A stretch of DNA of 64,000 nucleotides from contig OZ251219.1 in NCBI GenBank assembly GCA_965240465.1, forward strand, positions 1,408,001-1,472,000. The letters run 5' to 3'. The notes beneath the pieces are model-generated. The model saw only the letters and a program-made list of their open reading frames with translations. It was not told the DNA's origin and ran no database searches. Position numbers and translations under genes: made by a program. This document shows, one piece after another, positions 1 through 8,456 of the stretch. Source of the stretch: a bacterium. Lineage in GTDB: Bacteria > SAR324 > JACQKK01. Positions within the stretch are counted from its first letter, which is position 1; every line of letters starts with the position of its first letter.

Positions 1-1
1 A

Positions 2-3000
2 AAACAGGCCGATACTTTCTCGCTTAATTTTGATTCTTCGGTCTTCATCAATAAAAAAGCGATAGAATACATTGTACAGGAATATAATAATAAGAAAGGA
101 AAGAAAGGTACACTCGCTTCGATTCGGGAGAGGATCTTAAATATTGAAGAGTTGAGAGGCAACTTGCCTGATTTATTCCAAAAGATACTCAACGAAATTA
201 CAGATTATTTTGAGTTGGCTTCTAATATCGATTTATCTGGTGCTGAAAAACAGATTTCCAAAAGTTTTTTGATCCATGCTTCCAATGCGATTCACATTTG
301 CATCTTCGATAAATCCGATGAATCCCTCGTGAATGATTATGAGGAAATGCTTACATTACTTGATTCTGAGGATAGTTCTCTCGCAGCTATATTTAATAAA
401 ATAATTACGAATTTTATTAAGGAACGACTCCAACGATGTAAGAATGACATCGATAAAGAGTGGGACGTTCTTCCTGTTAGTGACAAGCTGGTAGCTAGTA
501 GCCCTATCCCACTCAACAGCGAACAACGGCAAATACTAAATGCTTTAAATAAAGACAGCTGTAATTATATAGCTGTAGAAGGACCTCCTGGAACAGGAAA
601 GAGCCATACAATCACTGCACTTGTATTCGATTATATTCTCAAGAATAAGTCCGTGCTAGTACTTTCTGATAAAAAAGAAGCTCTCGATGTTGTCGAAGAT
701 AAAATCACACATACACTCAACAGTGTTCGTCTACACAAGCAATTTCAGAACCCAATTCTAAGATTGGGTAAATCAGGAAACACATATAATCAAATACTCT
801 CAACCACTTCCATCAATAATATTCGTAACCATCATAAAGCGTTCAAAAAACATTATGATGAACTAATTCCTAATATCAAATCCAATAGATCCTATCTCAT
901 TAGACAAATCGAAGAGACGATTGAAATTTATAAGTCGATTAATCCTGACGACTTACTCGAATATACTCAACTGGAGAAGGAACAGGATAACGATAATCGA
1001 TGGCCTATTGATGCTGGGGAGATTGCCTCTCGTGCTGATGGGCTTCAGGATTTGATGCAACTAAGCGAGAACTGCCTTAGCCTTAGTGAGTTATTTGATA
1101 ACGAGAGTGTAAGTGAATTCCTAACACTTCTCAGAAAATACAAAATAGATCCTGAAACGAGAGAGCCCATAATAATATTTCTTAAGCTCATCAAGTCGAT
1201 GAGAGAAATAATACAAAGTAAGGAGCAGGAGATCGCAGTTCTGCCCCTGTTTAGAGCGATGAATCAAAATGTCTATTCTGGACTGCAGGACTTCATCAAG
1301 AAAGCGGACGAAATAAAATCTAGCTTCTGGTGGTCTCTCTTCAAAAGGGGCCAGGTAAAGCAAGTTACGTCATCATTTTATGACCAGTTTCATACTACTG
1401 GCATTGAGAGCCCTTTATTATCACTGGATAAAATAAAAGAGTTTTGCAGAGTTACTGAAAACATTGTTGCTTCTATGGAAGGCAATATAGATTTTGAGGC
1501 CATAGGACTAGACAAATACGAAGCGAGTCATCAGTTGCTCAGCGACGATCATGCAGCCATCAATACAGTTGAAATTGAGAAAATAGAGGCATTCATTTCA
1601 TTCATTGACAAATATGTTCAAGAATACCCGAAGACGTCGAAGCTGCTCACTATAACAAGTGCTGACATATCTACCTATCATAATAATCCTCTTACAACTA
1701 TTGACAGCAAAGAATTCGATATTCTGAAAAGATTCATTAAATGGAAGAATTTCTTCAACCGCTCTTTTAACAGCCTTCCTGACTTTAACTATGTAGAAGC
1801 TAAATCAGCCCTGGAAAAATTATATACTTCGCAAATGACACATATTCTGGATGGGAGAGTCTTAAAATTTGAGGAAGAGAATCGGTCCACAGCGAGGACA
1901 CTGAAGGGGAATATCAGGAAAAAGAAAAGATTTCCGCGAGAGGAATTCAGCAAACTAAAAGAGGCATTCCCCTGCATAATAGCTGGCATCAGAGATTTTG
2001 CGGATTATATTCCACTTGAGGATAACCTCTTTGATCTTGTTATTATTGATGAGGCCTCTCAGGTTAGTATAGCTCAAGCTTTTCCTGCACTATTACGCGC
2101 AAAGAAGGCTGTCATCCTGGGTGACAAAAAACAGTTTAGCAACGTAAAATCAATGCAGGCACGCTCCGACACAAACGCGAAATATCTGAATCTGCTTAAT
2201 AAAAGCTTTAAAGCCAATGTCTCTGTTAATATTTCTGAATTGGAGAGACTAACAAATTTTAATATAAAAACCTCAGTCCTCGAATTTTTTGGGTTCATAA
2301 GCAATTTCGACATCATGCTATTAAAGCATTTTCGAGGGTATCGTGAACACATTTCATATTCTAGCAAGCATTTCTACGGTGGCCAGTTACAAGCAATACG
2401 ACTACGAATACACCCTATAAATGAAGTCATCAAGTTTACAAACATTGATCATGACGGATTGAAGGAAGTAACAGAAAATACAAACTCTCCTGAAACAGAA
2501 TTTATTATTACTGAACTTAATAAGCTCAAGGAGAACGATACTCAATCATCCGTAGGCATTATAACCCCCCATACCAACCAGCAGAAGTTGATATCTGCTG
2601 AAATCTCTAAATTGCCAGATCGTGACTATTTCTATGATGAATTAAATCTCAAGATTATGACATTTGATACCTGCCAGGGAGAGGAAAGAGATATTATCTT
2701 TTACTCAATGGTAGCTACGGGGGACTCCGATAGATTGTGGGGTGTGTTCATAAAGGATCTCAGCACCATCGACCTCGAAGAAAACGGTACGATAAAAACG
2801 CAACGATTAAACGTCGGTTTTAGCAGAGCAAAGGAATGTATGCACTTCGTTATCAGCAAGCCTATAGAAGAATTTACTGGTTCCATAGGTGATGCACTGA
2901 GGCATTACAATGCTATTTTAGAAAAAACCAAGACTCTACCCACCGAATCGGATGTTGATCCAAAATCTCCTATGGAGACAAGGGTTTTAGAGTGGTTAAA

Positions 3001-3451
3001 AAACTGCCCATTTTATCAAGAACACTTTGAGGCAATCGAGATCAAAGCGCAGTTTCCTATCGGAGTATATCTGAAGCAACTTGACCAGGATTATGAGCAT
3101 CCGTCATATGAGCATCCGTCATATGTAATAGATTTTATGTTTTTGTTTCGTGATCCTACCGATAGTAAGGATTACAAGATTATAATCGAGTACGATGGAC
3201 TAAGGAATCATTTAGATAATTATGAGAATATCAATGAATTTAACTATGAGCACTTTTATACCAAAGAGCACGTTGAAAGACAAATGGTGTTAGAGAGCTA
3301 CGGATATCAGTTTATTCGTTTAAATCGATTCAACACGGGTAGTGACCCAATAAAATCTTTGAATGACAAAATACTGAACATTGTAAAAAAAAAGACTTTA
3401 AAACCGAGACCACATTTACAGAGAAACTCCTTGATACCGTCAGCGATCTAA
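2..3451 (+). CDS. Upf1/DNA2-like SF1 helicase with C-terminal Vsr/DUF559-like PD-(D/E)XK nuclease domain; 5'-truncated by the window edge
   Basis: The frame is open from nt 2 (KQADTFSLNF...), so it starts before the ORF-track TTG at 152. SF1 motifs: GPPGTGKS, IIDEASQ, LGDKKQF, HFR, GIITPH, TFDTCQGEE, RLNVGFSRAK. C-terminal SPME...QFPIG...YVIDF...IIEYDG is Vsr-like. Confidence 0.9.
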   Translation, partial: KQADTFSLNFDSSVFINKKAIEYIVQEYNNKKGKKGTLASIRERILNIEELRGNLPDLFQKILNEITDYFELASNIDLSGAEKQISKSFLIHASNAIHICIFDKSDESLVNDYEEMLTLLDSEDSSLAAIFNKIITNFIKERLQRCKNDIDKEWDVLPVSDKLVASSPIPLNSEQRQILNALNKDSCNYIAVEGPPGTGKSHTITALVFDYILKNKSVLVLSDKKEALDVVEDKITHTLNSVRLHKQFQNPILRLGKSGNTYNQILSTTSINNIRNHHKAFKKHYDELIPNIKSNRSYLIRQIEETIEIYKSINPDDLLEYTQLEKEQDNDNRWPIDAGEIASRADGLQDLMQLSENCLSLSELFDNESVSEFLTLLRKYKIDPETREPIIIFLKLIKSMREIIQSKEQEIAVLPLFRAMNQNVYSGLQDFIKKADEIKSSFWWSLFKRGQVKQVTSSFYDQFHTTGIESPLLSLDKIKEFCRVTENIVASMEGNIDFEAIGLDKYEASHQLLSDDHAAINTVEIEKIEAFISFIDKYVQEYPKTSKLLTITSADISTYHNNPLTTIDSKEFDILKRFIKWKNFFNRSFNSLPDFNYVEAKSALEKLYTSQMTHILDGRVLKFEEENRSTARTLKGNIRKKKRFPREEFSKLKEAFPCIIAGIRDFADYIPLEDNLFDLVIIDEASQVSIAQAFPALLRAKKAVILGDKKQFSNVKSMQARSDTNAKYLNLLNKSFKANVSVNISELERLTNFNIKTSVLEFFGFISNFDIMLLKHFRGYREHISYSSKHFYGGQLQAIRLRIHPINEVIKFTNIDHDGLKEVTENTNSPETEFIITELNKLKENDTQSSVGIITPHTNQQKLISAEISKLPDRDYFYDELNLKIMTFDTCQGEERDIIFYSMVATGDSDRLWGVFIKDLSTIDLEENGTIKTQRLNVGFSRAKECMHFVISKPIEEFTGSIGDALRHYNAILEKTKTLPTESDVDPKSPMETRVLEWLKNCPFYQEHFEAIEIKAQFPIGVYLKQLDQDYEHPSYEHPSYVIDFMFLFRDPTDSKDYKIIIEYDGLRNHLDNYENINEFNYEHFYTKEHVERQMVLESYGYQFIRLNRFNTGSDPIKSLNDKILNIVKKKTLKPRPHLQRNSLIPSAI
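3092..3125 (+). repeat. In-frame 15-bp tandem duplication inside the nuclease domain
   Basis: TATGAGCATCCGTCA x2 followed by TATG, encoding YEHPS-YEHPS-Y. Confidence 0.95.
3385..3394 (+). other. Slippery run A9G (GTA AAA AAA AAG); candidate -1 frameshift or transcriptional slippage site
   Basis: A_AAA_AAG heptamer (3388-3394) is correctly phased in the helicase frame. It lies inside the short overlap (3367-3451) with the open -1 frame. Confidence 0.6.
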
Positions 3452-3747
3452 ATTCTGGAAAACTCAAGACTTGTCCAAAGTGCAATCAACTTAGACTAAT
3501 TTCTGATTTTAAAGATGCAACGTTAATTTCAGGAGAAGGTCGTTTTTGTAAATCCTGTAAGCGAGGAATTGCGAAACCTAATCGAGGAAAGACAAATAAG
3601 GCGGAAAGAAGTGCTAGTGACTCTTTTCAATGCCCAAAATGCTCAGCAAGAATGGTATTGTGTTCAGGAAAATATGGTAAGTTTTATGGATGTTCAACGT
3701 ATCCACGTTGTCGTGGTACTAGACACTACTTTCATAGCTTCCACTAG
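3391..3747 (+). CDS. -1-frame C-terminal extension of the helicase-nuclease: CxxC...CxxC zinc finger plus topoisomerase-type C4 zinc ribbon
   Basis: Manual translation: KDFKTETTFTEKLLDTVSDLNSGKLKTCPKCNQLRLISDFKDATLISGEGRFCKSCKRG...FQCPKCSARMVLCSGKYGKFYGCSTYPRCRGTRHYFHSFH*. There is no ATG in this frame until 3652, inside the second ribbon. Confidence 0.8.
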   Translation, partial: KDFKTETTFTEKLLDTVSDLNSGKLKTCPKCNQLRLISDFKDATLISGEGRFCKSCKRGIAKPNRGKTNKAERSASDSFQCPKCSARMVLCSGKYGKFYGCSTYPRCRGTRHYFHSFH

Positions 3748-3798
3748 ACTTTTAAATTTTGCAGCTTCTTCATGAGTCATCTTAATTGCGCAATGAGG

Positions 3799-3887
3799 GC
3801 CGAGCCAGTATTTCTGCCATTGCCAAACCGAGCTAGTCTTGCCGAGCTAGTCATTGCCGAGCTGGTCATTGCCGAGCTCGTTGTTGC
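3799..3887. repeat. Array of short imperfect direct repeats, consensus GCCGAGCTRGTCATT
   Basis: Four tandem 14-15-bp units at 3828-3887 (ccgagctagtcttg, ccgagctagtcattg, ccgagctggtcattg, ccgagctcgttgttg) plus a detached copy gccgagccagtatt at 3799. Confidence 0.85.
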
Positions 3888-3909
3888 TATCTTTGCCCCT
3901 GCTTAAAAT

Positions 3910-5403
3910 ATGCCTCCCTATAAAAAAACATTGCTGCGTTTGGATTGCGTACATAAGCGATTTGGTTCTACCCATGCCTTGCGTGGAATTAATTTGGAGC
4001 TAATTGAAGGGGAGATATTGATATTGATGGGAGTTAATGGTGCGGGAAAATCAATGTTGGCTAAATTGGTGGGCGGTATTTATGAGCTTGATGATGGTGC
4101 GATGTATTTGGATGGCAAGTTGTACCAACCTAGTAGTCCTCATGATGCCTTACGGGCAGGGGTGGTTACTGTGCATCAGCATGTGAAGGATGGGTTGATT
4201 GCGGACATGACTGTCGCTGAGAATTTGTCTTTTGACCGTTGGTGCTTGGGTGATGAAGGTTGGTTTTTTACTGCTGGAAGGGTATGTAGTATGGCAAAAG
4301 AGGTAGCTACACACTTAAATCTGCAGTTAGACTGGGAACAACAGGTGCGGGAGCTATCACTAGCTGACAGACAATTGGTGGCAATAGCTAGGGCATTATC
4401 TCAGCAGCCGCGATTATTGATATTGGATGAGCCAACCGCGTCGTTATCTCAGACCGAGACCGAGCGTTTATTTGGGTTGTTGAATAAATTACGTAAATCT
4501 GGATGCACGATATTATATATTTCGCATCAATTATCAGACATTGAGAAACTGGCTGATCGAGTGGCAGTACTCAAAGATGGTTGTCTGGCAAAGATATTTG
4601 AGGTTCCTGTAGATCGTACTAAGGTGGTAGAGAGCATGCTGGGATACACCATCAATGATAGTCGTCAAGCGGCGACCGCAAGTAATGAGGTGGTGCTGGA
4701 GGTGCGAGACCTACAATTAAGATCTAGTTCGCGTCCGATGAATTTTGCAGTTCATCGTGGTGAGGTGATAGCTGCAACAGGTTTGCTGGGTAGTGGCAAG
4801 ACTGAGTTTGCCGAATGTTTATTTGGAGAACGGCAGCCTTATCGGGGTAGTTTTTTGCTGAAAGGACAGCCGTACCAAGTGCGTTCTGCTAGGCAAGCAA
4901 TCAATCGGGGAGTGTTTATGCTCCCTGAGGATAGAGAGCAGGCTTTAGTAGCTGATTTTTGTCTGTTTGAAAACTTGGTGCTACCATTTACGGCTATATT
5001 CAGCCGTTGGGGTTGGCTACAAAAGGTTAAGGAGCGTGCTCTGGCTAAGCAGCAAATTTTGTATTTGAAGATCGTTTGTGCATCGGAGAGAGACCCCATT
5101 GAATGCTTATCTGGGGGCAATCAGCAGAAGATAGTGTTGGCACGCTGGCTATGCCAGCCTAGTCAGCTATTGGTGTTGGATGAACCTTTTTCTGGTATAG
5201 ACCTTGGCTCACGAAGGGATATTGCTGATAGGCTACGCTCTACTGCTAATGAACGGGCGACTTTGGTCCTTTGTTCAGACCCCGATGAGGCAGTAGAAAT
5301 AGCAGACCGCATCTTGGTGTTCCACGAGGGAAATCTCAATGGAGAACACAGCATCGCCCAGCTTGACCGTCAACAAATGCTCCAACAAATGCTTTGTGCT
5401 TGA
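3910..5403 (+). CDS. Monosaccharide (CUT2) ABC transporter ATP-binding protein, RbsA/MglA family
   Basis: Two ABC domains: GVNGAGKS, LILDEPT, ISH; second half LSGGNQQK, LDEP. Confidence 0.93.
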   Translation: MPPYKKTLLRLDCVHKRFGSTHALRGINLELIEGEILILMGVNGAGKSMLAKLVGGIYELDDGAMYLDGKLYQPSSPHDALRAGVVTVHQHVKDGLIADMTVAENLSFDRWCLGDEGWFFTAGRVCSMAKEVATHLNLQLDWEQQVRELSLADRQLVAIARALSQQPRLLILDEPTASLSQTETERLFGLLNKLRKSGCTILYISHQLSDIEKLADRVAVLKDGCLAKIFEVPVDRTKVVESMLGYTINDSRQAATASNEVVLEVRDLQLRSSSRPMNFAVHRGEVIAATGLLGSGKTEFAECLFGERQPYRGSFLLKGQPYQVRSARQAINRGVFMLPEDREQALVADFCLFENLVLPFTAIFSRWGWLQKVKERALAKQQILYLKIVCASERDPIECLSGGNQQKIVLARWLCQPSQLLVLDEPFSGIDLGSRRDIADRLRSTANERATLVLCSDPDEAVEIADRILVFHEGNLNGEHSIAQLDRQQMLQQMLCA

Positions 5404-5440
5404 TATCTAAGCATTATTTTACGGCTGTATCTAATCTACT

Positions 5441-6448
5441 ATGATCCCCTTATCCACCAAAAAATGGGTAGCAACTTGGCCAGCAATGGCTATTCGGCAC
5501 GGCTTGATCATTTTTACGCTGCTTATATTTATTTTCTTTTCTTTAGCTGATCCAGATTTCTTTAGTACTCGCAACATTTTCATTATCCTGCAGTCGCTTT
5601 CCATTGTAGCCATATTGGCACTGGGCGTAACTGTCAGTATGGCTGCTGGAGGTTTTGATATATCCATCGGGGCAGTGGCAGCTTCTTCTATGATAGCCTC
5701 CAGCTACGCCATGGTAGTCTGGGAGGCTGGGGCAGGAGTGGCTATTCTGTTGTCTCTTTGTATAGGGTTACTAGTAGGATTATGTAATGGATTTCTAGTA
5801 GTTAAAATGCGAGTGCCAGATTTATTGGCTACTTTGGGCATGCTATTTCTGGTGCAGGGACTACAGCGAATTCCAACTGCTGGGCATTCTATTGCTACGG
5901 GTTTTTTTCTACCCAGTGGGGAAATTGCTTCAGGTGTGTTTTCGCCAGTCTTCCTGCTGCTGGGCAGGCACCGCTTCTTTGATATAATCCCCGTTCCCGT
6001 AGTGATAATGGCATTGCTAGCCCTATTTAGCTGGGTGTTCCTGGAATTCACCAAATGGGGACGCATATTTTACGCCATTGGCAGCAATGAATATGCCAGC
6101 CGATTAGCAGGTGCACCCGTAGCAAAGTACAAAATAGTCTCCTATATGATATCAGGGGCTTATGCTTCTATTGGCGGAATCTTGCTGGCAGCTAGACTGG
6201 GGCGTGGCGATGTCGGTTCAGGAAATTCACTCTTATTAGATGCAATCTCTGCAACTTTAGTGGGCTTTGCAGTACTGGGAAAAGGAAAACCCAACGCCTT
6301 TGGTACCATTGTGGGTGCCATCTTAGTAGGCATGCTAATCAATGGATTGACCATGCTCAACGTACCCTATTACACTCAGGATTTCATCAAAGGTGTAGTA
6401 CTGGTGCTGGCTTTATCTTTCACCTTTGGGCTGAACAAAGCTCGTTAG
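5441..6448 (+). CDS. Monosaccharide ABC transporter permease, RbsC family
   Basis: Multi-TM protein with GGFDISIG and TKWGRIFYAIGSNEYASRLAG; follows the ATPase. Confidence 0.92.
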   Translation: MIPLSTKKWVATWPAMAIRHGLIIFTLLIFIFFSLADPDFFSTRNIFIILQSLSIVAILALGVTVSMAAGGFDISIGAVAASSMIASSYAMVVWEAGAGVAILLSLCIGLLVGLCNGFLVVKMRVPDLLATLGMLFLVQGLQRIPTAGHSIATGFFLPSGEIASGVFSPVFLLLGRHRFFDIIPVPVVIMALLALFSWVFLEFTKWGRIFYAIGSNEYASRLAGAPVAKYKIVSYMISGAYASIGGILLAARLGRGDVGSGNSLLLDAISATLVGFAVLGKGKPNAFGTIVGAILVGMLINGLTMLNVPYYTQDFIKGVVLVLALSFTFGLNKAR

Positions 6449-6711
6449 TATAAAGATAAGTATGTGGGGGGTTGGTGGTGGGGGTTGGTGGTGATTGCTT
6501 GGACTGGACTGGTTTCATAAAAGACTTGGCAAAGGAGTACAGGTTTGGGTAGACTAGGATTGTTTTCATCGTGGACGAGAATTTTTATTTAGGATGTAGA
6601 GATGAGTTGGGGAGTTGTATTTTTTGGCATTCTAGCGATGTTAGGCAGTGCGATATTGGCGTTTCTGCTGAGTACACGGAATTAGATGCGGAGTCAGATA
6701 AGGATAGCAGC

Positions 6712-6861
6712 ATGTTTGAATTATTTGGATTGTTGTTTAAGTTATTTATTTACACTTGGATTGGCATCATTGCTGTGATCCCGCAGATTATCATGGGCGG
6801 TTTGTTTTTGTGCTTGGGAGCAACTTTGTTGACATACCTTCCTAAGAATAAACAGCCTTAG
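6712..6861 (+). CDS. Small hydrophobic membrane protein (49 aa)
   Basis: ATG at 6712 after an AAGGA RBS; MFELFGLLFKLFIYTWIGIIAVIPQIIMGGLFLCLGATLLTYLPKNKQP. The upstream part of the 6571 ORF looks non-coding. Confidence 0.55.
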   Translation: MFELFGLLFKLFIYTWIGIIAVIPQIIMGGLFLCLGATLLTYLPKNKQP

Positions 6862-6877
6862 GAGCATGTTTTAACCG

Positions 6878-8452
6878 ATGGCGATTTCTGACAACAAGAA
6901 GAAAGTGGCTAATTCTACTGGTTCCCGTGAGAATTTAATCAGGCGGAGATGGCTGATGGAATTGTGGTTTAGATTGCAGAGCTGGGGGCATTGGATATTA
7001 GTGGTCTTGGTGGTTCTGGGAACAACCTTACTAGTACAATTGGGGCCTGGATTATGGTCAAGGCTTGGGGGCTTAGAAGAAGAAGTAGTAGTAAAGATTC
7101 AGTTAACGCGACAGTTATCAGATTGGCATTCACCTTGGCAGAAGAATTCTCCTGGAGATGCTAGAGGGTCTGGTTTTGTGATCGGAAAAGGACAAGTTTT
7201 AACAAATGCCCACGTAGTGAGTGATGCCCGTCAGGTGCTGGTGTACGACTATCATACGGGCGTTCCCACCTTGGCAGAGGTGGAATATATAGCTCATGAC
7301 AGCGATTTAGCCTTGTTGAAGGTCAGTGATGAGTCATTTGCAAAAGGGGTTAGTCCACTGCCTTTTGGAGGATTGCCTATCTTAAGAAGCAGGGTACGTA
7401 CCTATGGTTTTCCAGCTGGAGGCACGAGAATTTCTCGCACAGAAGGGATAGTATCACGAGTACAATTTTGGAATTATGTTCATTCTGGGGCTGATGCCCA
7501 CATCGCAGTACAAACTGATTCAGCGGTGAACCCTGGCAATAGCGGAGGACCGGTAGTGCAAAATGGTAAAGTGGTGGGAGTGGCATTTCAAAGCAACCGA
7601 GAGCTGAATGATGTAGGATACTTCATCCCCACTACCGTGATTAAACGCTTCCTAAAAGACATAAAAGACGGCCAATACGACGGCTATACTGAATTGGGAG
7701 CCATAACTTCCACCCTGCACAATAAATTCAAACGTGCCTTCCTAGGACTGAAAGAGCAACAAACAGGAGTAGTAGTGAATAATGTTCTGCCTGGATCATC
7801 AGGAGAAGGCTATCTACAAACCGGCGATGTAATATTGGAGGTTGAAGGAGCAACCGTAGATAATGAAGGCACTATCGCCTATGAAAAGCATCGGGTTGCT
7901 TTTGAACAGAAGGCGGAAGAAAAGCTCAACGGTGAAGAGATGAACATGCTCGTCTTGCGAGAAGGGCAACTGTTGAAGCTATCTATCCCGATGAAATCTT
8001 GGTCACGGGCACCTTTCCAACGGCGCCGTTATGAAAATGCTCCTCGCTATCTGATATTTGCAGGGCTGGTCTTTATGCCTTTAGAAAGAGAACTATTTCA
8101 TACCTCTGCGATCACCGATGAACCTCACTTGCTATATGCTCACAGCTATCAACCGCTGGAAGATCCTTCGGCTTTTCCTCCTGATCAGCCCCTTATTGTC
8201 CTGACTAGAATCCTTCCTCATGCTATCAATACTGCCTACAGTCAGTACGAAAAATATATAATTAGCAGAATAAATGGACAGCCCGTACGTACTCTAAAAG
8301 ATATTGCCACAGCTCTGGATACCTCTGGCGACAAACTTGAATTGACCCTCAATCCAGGTAGTATTCTGGTGGTATTCAATCGTGATGAAGCCGATAAAGC
8401 CCACTTAGAAATGCTTAAAACCTATAACATTAACCAAGACCGCCGTCTGTAG
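6878..8452 (+). CDS. HtrA/Deg serine protease, Deg2/Deg9-like, with two PDZ-type domains and an N-terminal TM segment
   Basis: Intact triad: LTNAHVV (His), HDSDLALL (Asp), NPGNSGGP (Ser). PRYLIFAGLVFMPL marks the second PDZ-like domain. Confidence 0.93.
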   Translation: MAISDNKKKVANSTGSRENLIRRRWLMELWFRLQSWGHWILVVLVVLGTTLLVQLGPGLWSRLGGLEEEVVVKIQLTRQLSDWHSPWQKNSPGDARGSGFVIGKGQVLTNAHVVSDARQVLVYDYHTGVPTLAEVEYIAHDSDLALLKVSDESFAKGVSPLPFGGLPILRSRVRTYGFPAGGTRISRTEGIVSRVQFWNYVHSGADAHIAVQTDSAVNPGNSGGPVVQNGKVVGVAFQSNRELNDVGYFIPTTVIKRFLKDIKDGQYDGYTELGAITSTLHNKFKRAFLGLKEQQTGVVVNNVLPGSSGEGYLQTGDVILEVEGATVDNEGTIAYEKHRVAFEQKAEEKLNGEEMNMLVLREGQLLKLSIPMKSWSRAPFQRRRYENAPRYLIFAGLVFMPLERELFHTSAITDEPHLLYAHSYQPLEDPSAFPPDQPLIVLTRILPHAINTAYSQYEKYIISRINGQPVRTLKDIATALDTSGDKLELTLNPGSILVVFNRDEADKAHLEMLKTYNINQDRRL

Positions 8453-8456
8453 CTAT

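Noticed and set aside
3569-3775. 68-aa ORF from the ORF track
   Set aside because: No recognisable motifs, and it overlaps the -1 frame that encodes the clear zinc-ribbon domains.
3799-3887. Possible CRISPR array
   Set aside because: Units are 14-15 bp and directly tandem, with no unique spacers and no cas genes.
6571-6711. N-terminal half of the 96-aa ORF
   Set aside because: GTG start in G-rich, non-coding-looking DNA; a better RBS and ATG are at 6712.
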